64,000 nucleotides of DNA from an uncultured Clostridia bacterium (GTDB lineage: Bacteria > Bacillota > Clostridia > TANB77 > CAG-508): positions 23,166-87,165 of the forward strand of contig CAUWGC010000007.1 of NCBI GenBank assembly GCA_963558405.1, in the 5' to 3' direction. The notes under the pieces are model-generated. The model was not told the origin of the DNA, ran no database searches, and saw nothing but the letters and a program-made list of their open reading frames with translations. Positions 12,172 to 21,352 of the stretch are shown piece after piece. The position numbers were made by a program, and so were the translations under genes. Every line of letters starts with the position of its first letter. Positions within the stretch are counted from its first letter, which is position 1.

Positions 12172-13446
12172 ATGGTGATTCATAAAAAAATAAGAATAAT
12201 AGTTAGTTTATTCATTATTTTTAATATTATATTTTTGCCTATTGCAAAAGCTACAAATGATAGTATTTATGTATGGAATAATAATGGAAATAAAATAGAT
12301 ACAAGCAATAGAACTACAGATGCAATACAAACAACAGCAGAAGCAAGTAATAATGTACCAAATAAAACAGATACACTAGGACTTACATCAGGAAGTGCTA
12401 TTTTAATAGAGCAAAATACAGGAAGAATATTATATGGAAAAAATATTCATGAAAAATTAAGACCTGCTAGTGTAACAAAAGTAATGACAATATTGCTAAT
12501 TATGGAAGCAATAGATTCTGGTAAATTATCATATTCTGATAAAATTCCATGTAGTCAAAATGCAACAAAAATGGGTGGTTCTCAAATTTGGCTAGACACA
12601 AAAGAAACTTTAACTGTAGATGAAATGCTAAAAGCAATATGTGTTGTATCCGCAAATGACTGTACAGTTGCAATGGCAGAATACTTAGCTGGAAGTACAG
12701 ATGCATTTGTAGAAAAAATGAATAAGAGAGCCAAAGAATTAGGTATGAATGATACAACTTTTAAAAATTGTCATGGATTAGATGAAGATGGGCATTTAAC
12801 ATCAAGTTATGATATTGCACAAATGTCAAGGGAATTATTAACTAAACATCCAGATATAAAAAAATATACTACTATTTGGATGGACTCATTAAGAGATGGA
12901 AAAAGTCAATTAGTAAATACCAATAAATTAATTAGAAATTATACAGGAGCAACAGGATTAAAAACAGGATCTACATCTCTTGCACTATATAATTTATCTG
13001 CTAGTGCTACAAGAAATAATTTAAGTTTAATTGCAGTAATTATGAAAGCACCAACAACCAAAGATAGATTTAATGAAGCGGAAAAATTATTAGATTATGG
13101 TTTTAATAATTTTTCATATAAACAATTAAGTAAAAAAGGAGAAGAAGTAGGCAAAGTTACAGTTATAAAAGGTATAGAAAAAGAGGTAAAAGGAATAATA
13201 GAAAAGGATTGTGGAACATTGTTAAAAAAAGGAGAAGAAAAAGGAATTGTTCAAGATATTAGAATAGACGAGAATAAAACAGCACCGATATTAAAAGGCC
13301 AAAAAATAGGTGAAATAACGTATTCTTTAAATGGAACAACATTGGAAAAAGTAAATATAATAGCTGAAAAAGATGTTCCTAAAATTGCATTTACAAGTAT
13401 GTTAAGTTATATTGTATATGAATGGTTTACTCTTTTTAGAAGTTAA
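12172..13446 (+). CDS. D-alanyl-D-alanine carboxypeptidase (DacF-like, S11)
   Basis: SxxK (ASVTK), SAN and KTG motifs; GGSQIWL. Confidence 0.9.
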   Translation: MVIHKKIRIIVSLFIIFNIIFLPIAKATNDSIYVWNNNGNKIDTSNRTTDAIQTTAEASNNVPNKTDTLGLTSGSAILIEQNTGRILYGKNIHEKLRPASVTKVMTILLIMEAIDSGKLSYSDKIPCSQNATKMGGSQIWLDTKETLTVDEMLKAICVVSANDCTVAMAEYLAGSTDAFVEKMNKRAKELGMNDTTFKNCHGLDEDGHLTSSYDIAQMSRELLTKHPDIKKYTTIWMDSLRDGKSQLVNTNKLIRNYTGATGLKTGSTSLALYNLSASATRNNLSLIAVIMKAPTTKDRFNEAEKLLDYGFNNFSYKQLSKKGEEVGKVTVIKGIEKEVKGIIEKDCGTLLKKGEEKGIVQDIRIDENKTAPILKGQKIGEITYSLNGTTLEKVNIIAEKDVPKIAFTSMLSYIVYEWFTLFRS

Positions 13447-13456
13447 TAATTACAAT

Positions 13457-13493
13457 AAAAAATTAAAGGTTAAAATCAAACCTTTAATTTTTT
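13457..13493. terminator. bidirectional intrinsic terminator
   Basis: AAAAAATTAAAGGTT/AACCTTTAATTTTTT inverted repeat between convergent genes. Confidence 0.6.
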
Positions 13494-14731
13494 TAATTAT
13501 TTATTGTTATTAATTTATTAGTAAAGTCTAGATTAGCAATAGAATCATATTCGTATCCTAATGTATAAACATTTGTTGCAAAAATATCTTTTTGAAGCAT
13601 ATTTAGTAAATTTTTATTAGGATTACTGTCCATAAAACGTTTAACAGAAGTAATAATTGGTAATTTGGGATTAGAAATTGCAATATCAGACAATAATTTT
13701 TTACCGTTATTGTTTAGTGCTAATACACGAACATAAGGTACATGTTTCCTTGATAGTGCCATGTCTTTTTTTGTAATTCCTATTAGTGTATATAGTAAAA
13801 TTCTTTTTATTCTTGTTTCTGTATATCGTTTAGTTTTTATTTTAGAAATCAATTCTGTAATACTGTTACAAGAATTAGCAGAATCTTTAATAAGATTTTC
13901 TAAACCTTCTGTTACATCTGGTAAATTTGCTATTTCTTCACAGGTCATTTTTCTAAGACAATATAAAATTTCTTTTTCAAAACATTTTAGAGATGAAACA
14001 ACATTTCCTTTTTTAATACAATTTTCTAATATAGAATAAGAAAATCTAGGAAGAAGTGAAGAAGTTTGATTTGATTTATTTTTTTCTATTAATTTTCTTA
14101 TATAACTAGCACTAGATATATTATCCTCAATAGTTAGTTCATCATGCTTTGGACCTAATCTTTCAATAGAAAAAGGTATCATCCTACTACGAAGTCTTTT
14201 TAATGCTTTTAGATATTCAATTCCTAAAATATTGTTAGGAGATGAAAGAACATTTGCATATTTTCTAATATCATTTAAATACATAAGTAGAGCATTTTCT
14301 CTGGCTTTAGGGTAAGAAATACCTTTGCTTAGTTCATGATTTAAAATTGAGATATATTCAGCAGGTTCTTGGTATAAAATTTCTGCAAATTCATTTAATA
14401 TATTAAGATTTGAAGCTTCGGCTCCAAAAGAAAAAGTGTCAACAATAGATAAAGAATCTAATAATTTAATAGCACCTTCTGCAAAATTTTCAGCACTTGA
14501 AATACTATAAACAGTTGGTAATTCTAAAACTAAATCTATTCCGTTTAAAACAGCCATACCAGCACGGTCCCATTTATTTATAATAGCTGGTTCACCACGT
14601 TGTACAAAATTTCCACTCATTACAGCTACAGAATAATTACATCCAGATTGTTTTTTTGATTCTTCAAGATGATAAAAATGTCCATTATGAAAAGGATTAT
14701 ATTCTGCAATAATACCTAAGACACCAGACAT
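13493..14731 (-). CDS. tmcAL: tRNA(Met) cytidine acetate ligase (YlbM/TmcAL, HIGH nucleotidyltransferase)
   Basis: AEYNPFHNGH, MSGNFVQRGEP, PNNILGIEY. Confidence 0.9.
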   Translation of the reverse strand: MSGVLGIIAEYNPFHNGHFYHLEESKKQSGCNYSVAVMSGNFVQRGEPAIINKWDRAGMAVLNGIDLVLELPTVYSISSAENFAEGAIKLLDSLSIVDTFSFGAEASNLNILNEFAEILYQEPAEYISILNHELSKGISYPKARENALLMYLNDIRKYANVLSSPNNILGIEYLKALKRLRSRMIPFSIERLGPKHDELTIEDNISSASYIRKLIEKNKSNQTSSLLPRFSYSILENCIKKGNVVSSLKCFEKEILYCLRKMTCEEIANLPDVTEGLENLIKDSANSCNSITELISKIKTKRYTETRIKRILLYTLIGITKKDMALSRKHVPYVRVLALNNNGKKLLSDIAISNPKLPIITSVKRFMDSNPNKNLLNMLQKDIFATNVYTLGYEYDSIANLDFTNKLITINN

Positions 14732-14849
14732 AAATGTACCTCCTTTTATACATAACTTAGAATAAGAATTAATTCTAAATATTGTACAATGATTAATTTA
14801 TTGATATAATATCATAAAAGAAATAATTTTACAAATGAAAGGAACAAAA

Positions 14850-15284
14850 ATGGAAAAAGTAATTATATATACAGATGGTGCTTGTTCTGGAAACCCAGGA
14901 CCAGGTGGCTGGGGGGCAATTTTAATGTATCAAGAACATAAAAAAGAAATTTACGGGGGTAAAAAAGATACAACAAACAATGTAATGGAGCTTACAGCTG
15001 CAATAGAAGGACTAAACCTGTTAAAATTTCCATGTGAAGTGAGTTTATATAGTGATAGTGCTTATTTGGTAAATGGTTTTACTAAAGGATGGATTTACAA
15101 TTGGAAAAAAAATAATTGGAAAACAGCAAGCAAAGAACCAGTAAAAAATAAAGAATTATGGGAAAAATTATATGATTTTACTAAAATACATAAAATTACT
15201 TTTATTAAAGTAAAAGGGCATAGTGATAATGAATATAACAATAGATGTGATGAGCTTGCAAGAAAGGCTATTACAGAATTATAA
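14850..15284 (+). CDS. rnhA: ribonuclease HI
   Basis: [27 protein letters not shown]. Confidence 0.95.
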   Translation: MEKVIIYTDGACSGNPGPGGWGAILMYQEHKKEIYGGKKDTTNNVMELTAAIEGLNLLKFPCEVSLYSDSAYLVNGFTKGWIYNWKKNNWKTASKEPVKNKELWEKLYDFTKIHKITFIKVKGHSDNEYNNRCDELARKAITEL

Positions 15285-15299
15285 AGAGAGGAAAATAAA

Positions 15300-15564
15300 A
15301 TGAGAGGATTTTATGCAGGGTCTTTTGATCCGTTTACAAATGGACATTTAGCAATTGTAAAAAAAGCATCACAATGTTTTGAAAAGATAATTGTAGGAAT
15401 TGGTGTAAACACAGATAAAAAACGATACTTGTTATTTTAGAGCAGGAAAATTAGGATATTTATCATCAAGTATGGTAATGGAATTATATAAATATGGAAA
15501 AACAGTTGAAAAATATGTACCTAAACCAGTATTAAAAATACTAGAAGAAAAAAGAAAAGAGTAA
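15300..15564 (+). pseudogene. coaD: phosphopantetheine adenylyltransferase with internal deletion and frameshift
   Basis: 15300-15440 reads [23 protein letters not shown]...; a second frame, 15421-15564, reads [21 protein letters not shown]...YVPKPV; the middle of the gene is absent. Confidence 0.85.
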
Positions 15565-15578
15565 GAGGAGTGAAAAGT

Positions 15579-16163
15579 ATGAAAATAATAGGTTTAACAG
15601 GAACATCAGGAGCAGGAAAAAGTACGGTTAGTGAAATACTAATGAAAAAATATGGAGCAGAAATTATTGATGCAGATAAAGTAGCTAAAAAGTTAAGTAA
15701 AAAGGGAACTATGTATACAAAATCAATAATTAAAAGTTTTGGTGATGAAATTTTAGATTGGCAAGGTGAACTAAACAGAAAAAAACTTGCTAACATTATC
15801 TATGAAGATGAAAAGAAAAGAGAACAATTAAATCAGCTTACTTTTATTTATGTTGTAGGAGAAATAAAAAAACAAATAAATAAATTAAATCACAAAAAAA
15901 TAATTGTTATTGATGCTCCATTATTATTTGAAAGTAAATTAAATCAAGTTTGTGACTTTGTAATTGCTGTTATAGCTAATAAAGAAAAAAAGATAGAAAG
16001 AATTTGTAAAAGAGATGGTATTTCTAGAGAAGAAGCTATACTAAGACTAAATGCGCAAAACACAGATGAATTTTTTAAAGAAAATAGTGATTATATATTA
16101 TATAATCAAGAAGAAAAAGAAGACTTAGAAAATCAAATAGCAAGCATAAAAATATTACAATAA
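15579..16163 (+). CDS. coaE: dephospho-CoA kinase
   Basis: IIGLTGTSGAGKST, IIDAD, IDAPLLFE. Confidence 0.93.
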   Translation: MKIIGLTGTSGAGKSTVSEILMKKYGAEIIDADKVAKKLSKKGTMYTKSIIKSFGDEILDWQGELNRKKLANIIYEDEKKREQLNQLTFIYVVGEIKKQINKLNHKKIIVIDAPLLFESKLNQVCDFVIAVIANKEKKIERICKRDGISREEAILRLNAQNTDEFFKENSDYILYNQEEKEDLENQIASIKILQ

Positions 16164-16193
16164 TGTTACAAATATTACTTTTTTGTAACATTA

Positions 16194-16222
16194 TTGAACT
16201 TATGTGAAAATTAGAATATAAT
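16194..16222 (+). promoter_or_regulatory. sigmaA-type promoter preceded by a 12-bp inverted repeat (16161-16193)
   Basis: TTGAAC-17-TATAAT; TAATGTTACAAA...TTTGTAACATTA abuts the -35. Confidence 0.55.
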
Positions 16223-16277
16223 GTAGGAAACAAAGGGGTAATTGCAGGAAAATATATAAAACACATAGGAGGAAGTT

Positions 16278-16871
16278 ATGGAAACTTTTGCTGAATACAT
16301 ACTTTCTGAAAAAAATCATATAAGAAAAATGGAAATTGTATATTATTTACAAATGAAAACAGGAATTTTCTACGATAAGTCTGTAGTTTTTAAAACAGAA
16401 CTTGCAAAGTTATTTTTAGACCATATGAATTTAGATGTAGATGAAAATACTGTAATAACAGCATGCCTATTATATGCCTGCAAAAAAAGTGATGACCCAA
16501 CAGATTTAGAAAAAGTAAAATCATATGCAAAAGACGGTTCTAAATATTTAGCAAGTTTAGGATTTTCAAAAAGGTTTTGCAAAATATGTGAAGAAGCAAA
16601 CAGATATAGCGGTAGCATAAATAGAGAAAAAGAAAGCGATATTTTAGAGTTAGTTGACCAGTTTGGAGGAATGCTATTACATCGTCCAGAAAGAATTGCT
16701 TTTAAAATTGATGAAGCAATGGTTCTTTTGGAACATAGAAATCTAAAAGGAAAAAATAATAGATATCTAGAAAAATTTAAACAATTTATAGAGATGATGG
16801 AAAATATAAAAGTAAATGGGTTAGGAAATGGAATAATTACCGATTTACAAGAAAGGATGAATGTAGCATGA
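16278..16871 (+). CDS. degenerate HD-GYP-like domain protein
   Basis: ACLLYACKK, DILELVDQFGGMLLHRPER resemble HD-GYP motifs with metal ligands replaced. Confidence 0.55.
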   Translation: METFAEYILSEKNHIRKMEIVYYLQMKTGIFYDKSVVFKTELAKLFLDHMNLDVDENTVITACLLYACKKSDDPTDLEKVKSYAKDGSKYLASLGFSKRFCKICEEANRYSGSINREKESDILELVDQFGGMLLHRPERIAFKIDEAMVLLEHRNLKGKNNRYLEKFKQFIEMMENIKVNGLGNGIITDLQERMNVA

Positions 16872-17038
16872 TATCAGAAGAAATACAAAAAAGCACAGTA
16901 CAAGCTATAAGAGAAGCAGAAGCAACAGGTAGAATTATAAGAAAAGCACTTGAAGAAAGAAAAACTAAAGCAAATGATCAAACAACAATAAATCCAGCAG
17001 ATTTAGTAAGAGATATAAAAGAAGAAATGGAAAAATAA
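16868..17038 (+). CDS. 56-aa hypothetical protein (not in the ORF track)
   Basis: ATGA overlap with the upstream gene; MISEEIQKSTVQAIREAE...EEMEK; followed by a terminator. Confidence 0.6.
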   Translation: MISEEIQKSTVQAIREAEATGRIIRKALEERKTKANDQTTINPADLVRDIKEEMEK

Positions 17039-17043
17039 TCACA

Positions 17044-17078
17044 AAAGATAAGAGGTTAAGTTTTAACCTCTTATCTTT
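17044..17078 (+). terminator. intrinsic terminator
   Basis: AAAGATAAGAGGTTAA/TTAACCTCTTATCTTT hairpin. Confidence 0.65.
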
Positions 17079-17110
17079 ATGAAAAAATAAAATAAGAAAG
17101 GAAATAAAAA

Positions 17111-18307
17111 ATGAAAGAAATATTTGCAGATTTACATGTACATATAGGAAGAAGTGAAAATAATAAACCAATTAAAATAACAGCAGCAAGGTCTTTAAAC
17201 TTTGCAAACATAGCTAAAGAATGTTGCGATAGAAAAGGTATTCAAGTAGTAGGAATTGTAGATTGTGCTTCTCCATATGTTATAGAAGATATTGAAAACT
17301 TTTTAAGAAATGGTGATGCATACGAAATAGATGATGGAGGAATTATATATAAGGATAAAGTATGTATATTATTGGGAAGTGAAGTAGAAACTTCAGAAAT
17401 AAATGAAAATGGAAAAACAGGAACAGCACATAGTGTATGCTTTTTCCCTAGATTAAATGACATTAAAAACTTTTCAAAAGAAATGTCAAATCATATCCAT
17501 AATATGACACTTAGTACACAAAGAGCAAATATTTCTGCATATGATTTATTAGATATAGTAGAAAAATATAATGGATTTTTAATGCCAGCTCATATTTTTA
17601 CTCCTCACAAAAGTTTTTATGGAAAATGCACTAATAGACTAGAAAGAATTTTTAAAGAAAAATACTCTAATATTTTTGCAGTAGAATTAGGATTAAGTTC
17701 AGATACATTTTTAGCTGATGAGATTTCTGAACTAGAAACAAAAACTTTTGTAACAAATTCTGATGCACATTCTCTTCCTAAAATAGCAAGAGAATATAAT
17801 AAAATGCTAGTAGAGAATATTAGTTTTAAAGAGGTAAAAAAAGCATTACAAGGGCAAGATGGAAGAAAAGTTTTAGATAATTATGGTTTAGATCCAAAAC
17901 TTGGAAAATATCATAGAACTTACTGCGAAGTTTGCGGAAAAAATATTAGTGGACTACCACCTGTAACTACATGTGATACATGTGATAGCAGAAACATAAC
18001 AATGGGAGTTTTTGACAGAATAGAACAAATAAAGGATAAAAAACAAACTAAAAGTCCAGAAAATAGACCACCATATATTTATCAAATACCATTAAATTTT
18101 ATTCCAGGTGTAGGTGGTAAGACAATAGAAAAATTACTTAATCATTTTGAAACAGAAATGACTATATTACATAAGGTTTCAAAAGATGATATAGAAGGTG
18201 TAGTTGGAGAAAAAACTGCAAATCTTATAATAAAAGCAAGAAGCGGACAAATGCAAATACAAGCTGGCGGTGGAGGAGTATACGGTAAAGTATGCTCTAA
18301 AGATTAA
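17111..18307 (+). CDS. YqxK/TIGR00375 PHP-domain (endonuclease Q family) protein
   Basis: ADLHVH, PAHIFTP, ELGLSSD, NSDAHS, LGKYH, Zn ribbon, GGGGVYG; upstream of spoIIM. Confidence 0.88.
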   Translation: MKEIFADLHVHIGRSENNKPIKITAARSLNFANIAKECCDRKGIQVVGIVDCASPYVIEDIENFLRNGDAYEIDDGGIIYKDKVCILLGSEVETSEINENGKTGTAHSVCFFPRLNDIKNFSKEMSNHIHNMTLSTQRANISAYDLLDIVEKYNGFLMPAHIFTPHKSFYGKCTNRLERIFKEKYSNIFAVELGLSSDTFLADEISELETKTFVTNSDAHSLPKIAREYNKMLVENISFKEVKKALQGQDGRKVLDNYGLDPKLGKYHRTYCEVCGKNISGLPPVTTCDTCDSRNITMGVFDRIEQIKDKKQTKSPENRPPYIYQIPLNFIPGVGGKTIEKLLNHFETEMTILHKVSKDDIEGVVGEKTANLIIKARSGQMQIQAGGGGVYGKVCSKD

Positions 18308-18384
18308 AAAAATAAAATAATATAGTTCTAAATCTTATCTTATGGAATACACATTATGTAGAAACTAAAAACAGGAGGAATAAG

Positions 18385-19029
18385 ATGAGAGAAGAACCTA
18401 AGAAAAGAGAAAAATTTAAAAATATTATAGGAAATCATATTGTTAATAATCTAACAGAATATGCTATTGTAATCTTAATGTTTTTTATAGGAGTTATACT
18501 AGGAATAATATTTATAAATAATATTAAAGAGGAGCAAAGTAAAGAATTAGAAAGTTATATTAATACATTTATAACTTCTTTAAAAGATGGAAGCAGTATA
18601 GATAAGGTAAGCCTTTTGATGCAATCTTTAAAAAATAATATTGGACTAGGAATACTGTTATGGTTTATAGGATGTACTGTAATAGGAGTTCCTATAATAT
18701 ATTTATTAATTGCTTTTAGAGGTTTTTGCCTAGGATATACCATTTCAGCTGTAATAGCTATTATGGGAGTAGGAAAAGGAGCATTATTTATTTTATCTAG
18801 TATGCTACTTCAAAATTTTTTCTTTATACCATGTATTTTAGCATTAGGAGTTAGTGGTATGAAATTGTATAAATCTATTATGAAAGATAAAAGAAAAGAA
18901 AACATAAAATTGGAAATAATAAGACATACAATTTTTTCTGTTATTATGATTATGATACTTGCATTATCTTCGGTAGTAGAAGTATATGGTTCTTCAAATA
19001 TTTCACAATTTACTATAAAATATTTATAA
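18385..19029 (+). CDS. spoIIM: stage II sporulation protein M
   Basis: Membrane protein with GCTVIGVP...RGFCLGYT...LQN; yqxK-spoIIM-xerD synteny. Confidence 0.9.
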   Translation: MREEPKKREKFKNIIGNHIVNNLTEYAIVILMFFIGVILGIIFINNIKEEQSKELESYINTFITSLKDGSSIDKVSLLMQSLKNNIGLGILLWFIGCTVIGVPIIYLLIAFRGFCLGYTISAVIAIMGVGKGALFILSSMLLQNFFFIPCILALGVSGMKLYKSIMKDKRKENIKLEIIRHTIFSVIMIMILALSSVVEVYGSSNISQFTIKYL

Positions 19030-19156
19030 TTTTTTGAAAAACTCTTTACAATTTTGACCGAATTTGATATAACATAAGTGTTAATTTATGTTAAGTTAAA
19101 AAAGGTTTTGCATTACCACAAAAATGTAAAATTTTCTAGGAATAAGGGGAGCAAAA

Positions 19157-20038
19157 ATGGAAAAACAAATTAAACTTTTTTTAGAATTTATTCAAAATGA
19201 AAAAAAATTATCAGACAACACATTACAATCTTATAAAAGAGATATTGTACAATATCAAAATTATGCAGAAAAAAATAGATTAAATTATGCTAAAGCAAAA
19301 GAACAGGATCTTAGAAATTACTTAGAATACTTAAATAGCATAGGTAAAAAAACATCTACTATTTCTAGAAGTTTAGCATCTATTCGTTCTTTCTATCAAT
19401 TTTTATTAAGAGTTAAAAAAGTAAAAAAGGATCCAACAGAAAATATAGAATCACCAAAAATAGAAAAAAAAGCCCCAAGCGTATTAACTGCAAAAGAAGT
19501 AGAATTACTACTAGAACAACCTAAAGATATAGATTTAAAAGGAACACGTGATAAAGCTATGTTAGAATTTGCTTATGCAACAGGAATGCGTGTAACGGAA
19601 ATAATATCACTTAACATAGACGATGTAAATTTAGAAGAAGGATATGTAGTTTGCAAAACAGGAAATAAACAAAGAAATATTCCATTAGGAACTATTTCAC
19701 TTAATGCATTAAAAGAATATGTTACAGATGCAAGAAAAGTAATGATAAAAAATGAAAATGAAACTTCATTATTTGTAAATGTAAACGGAGGAAGATTAAC
19801 AAGACAAGGATTTTGGAAAATAGTAAAATATTATAAAGAACAAGCCCATATAGAAAAAGATATAACACCACATGTATTAAGACATTCTTTTGCAACGCAT
19901 TTGTTACAAAATGGTGCAGATTTAAAATCTATACAAACAATGCTTGGACATTCTGATATATCATCTACACAAGTTTACATGCAATTTCAAAATGAAGGAC
20001 TAAAAAATACATATAAAAAAGCACATCCAAGAGCTTAA
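19157..20038 (+). CDS. xerD: site-specific tyrosine recombinase XerD/RipX
   Basis: YATGMRVTE, HVLRHSFATH, LGH, TQVY, C-terminal HPRA. Confidence 0.92.
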   Translation: MEKQIKLFLEFIQNEKKLSDNTLQSYKRDIVQYQNYAEKNRLNYAKAKEQDLRNYLEYLNSIGKKTSTISRSLASIRSFYQFLLRVKKVKKDPTENIESPKIEKKAPSVLTAKEVELLLEQPKDIDLKGTRDKAMLEFAYATGMRVTEIISLNIDDVNLEEGYVVCKTGNKQRNIPLGTISLNALKEYVTDARKVMIKNENETSLFVNVNGGRLTRQGFWKIVKYYKEQAHIEKDITPHVLRHSFATHLLQNGADLKSIQTMLGHSDISSTQVYMQFQNEGLKNTYKKAHPRA

Positions 20039-20069
20039 AAGTATAAACAAGCAATAATAAAAGCGCAGT

Positions 20070-20106
20070 AAAAAAGATGGACTACATGATGTAGTCTATC
20101 TTTTTT
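20070..20106 (+). terminator. xerD intrinsic terminator
   Basis: AAAAAAGATGGACTAC/GTAGTCTATCTTTTTT hairpin. Confidence 0.7.
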
Positions 20107-20120
20107 GAGCTGATTAATGT

Positions 20121-20206
20121 AAAAAAACACATCTGTTAACTTTGACGAGTCAGATGTGTTAAACATTTAACTTGGCAAGCCACGTTTGTGGTTTCTCCAT
20201 TTCCTA
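20121..20206 (-). ncRNA. candidate ~85-nt small RNA (may encode a 13-aa peptide)
   Basis: Perfect TTGACA-17-TATAAT promoter at 20240-20212, then a hairpin AACACATCTG/CAGATGTGTT with a U-tract; no gene in between. Confidence 0.5.
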
Positions 20207-20311
20207 TTTTTATTATACATATATTAATTAATTTTGTCAAATAATTTTGGGGTAGATATTTTTTTTCTCATATGATATAATCCTAAAAAAGAAAAATGTG
20301 AAAGGGAAAAA

Positions 20312-21289
20312 ATGAAAAAAGTAAGTGTAATAGTTCCTGTATATAATAAAGAAAAATATATAAAAAAATGCTTAGATTCATTGATAAATCAAACATTACA
20401 AGAAATAGAGATTCTTGTTATTAATGATGGTTCAACTGATGGTAGCGAGCAAATTATTAAAGAATATGAATTAAAATACGAAAACAAAATCAAATATTTT
20501 AAAAAAGATAATGGTGGACTTTCTGATACTAGAAATTATGGAATAGCAAGAGCACAAGGAGAATATATTACTTTTATAGATAGTGATGATTTTATATTAG
20601 ATACAATGTTAGAAGAAATGTATCAAAAAGCAGTACAAGAAAACTTTGATGTGGTAGCTTGTAATGTAATGTTAGTTTATCCAAATAAAAAAATAATAGT
20701 AAGAACAGGTATAACTGAATCAAAAAAGCTAGCTTTGGAAGACAAAAAGAAAATATTATTAGAATCTTATCCTATTGTATGTAATAAATTATATAAAACA
20801 GATATATTAAAAGATAAAATATTTTTTAAAAAAGATATTTGGTTTGAAGATGTAGTATTTATGTTTGATGTAATACCAAATATTTCAAGCATTGGAGTTA
20901 TAGAAAAGCCTTTTTATCAATATATGCAAAATACAGATTCTATTACATATACATACAATAAAAAATTATATGATTTTATATATAATATGGATGGTATTAT
21001 AGAACAGTATAAAGCAAGAGGTATTTATGAAGAATATAGAGATGTTATAGAATATGCATATGTAAGATATAGTTATGCAACTTTTGTTAAACGATTAGCA
21101 AAGAGTAAAGATAAAAAAGAATTTCTTAAAGGAGTAAAATTTGCGTGCAAAAAAGTAAACGAAAAATTTCCAAACTATAAAAAAAATAAATATATATTGG
21201 AAAAAAGAAAGAAAAATATATATTTAAAACATTTTAATTTAGGAATTGCAAATATTATATATTATATAGAGAAAAATAAAATGAACTAA
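20312..21289 (+). CDS. GT2 glycosyltransferase
   Basis: VSVIVPVYN, NDGSTD, FIDSDD, FED. Confidence 0.92.
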   Translation: MKKVSVIVPVYNKEKYIKKCLDSLINQTLQEIEILVINDGSTDGSEQIIKEYELKYENKIKYFKKDNGGLSDTRNYGIARAQGEYITFIDSDDFILDTMLEEMYQKAVQENFDVVACNVMLVYPNKKIIVRTGITESKKLALEDKKKILLESYPIVCNKLYKTDILKDKIFFKKDIWFEDVVFMFDVIPNISSIGVIEKPFYQYMQNTDSITYTYNKKLYDFIYNMDGIIEQYKARGIYEEYRDVIEYAYVRYSYATFVKRLAKSKDKKEFLKGVKFACKKVNEKFPNYKKNKYILEKRKKNIYLKHFNLGIANIIYYIEKNKMN

Positions 21290-21306
21290 ATTTCCAAAAT
21301 TTGAAA

Positions 21307-21335
21307 TTGACAAAAATTGTAGAAAAAGCTAGAAT
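21307..21335 (+). promoter_or_regulatory. sigmaA promoter
   Basis: TTGACA-17-TAGAAT. Confidence 0.6.
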
Positions 21336-21352
21336 TAAATAGGTGATAACAA

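Noticed and set aside
19157-20038. Tyrosine recombinase as a prophage integrase or capsule invertase
   Set aside because: Canonical spoIIM-xerD context and HPRA C-terminus; no att sites, phage genes or invertible repeats seen
20180-20206. GGAAATGGAG start of the candidate sRNA as a fluoride riboswitch
   Set aside because: The complementary strand of the first stem and the downstream pseudoknot motif are missing, and no gene follows
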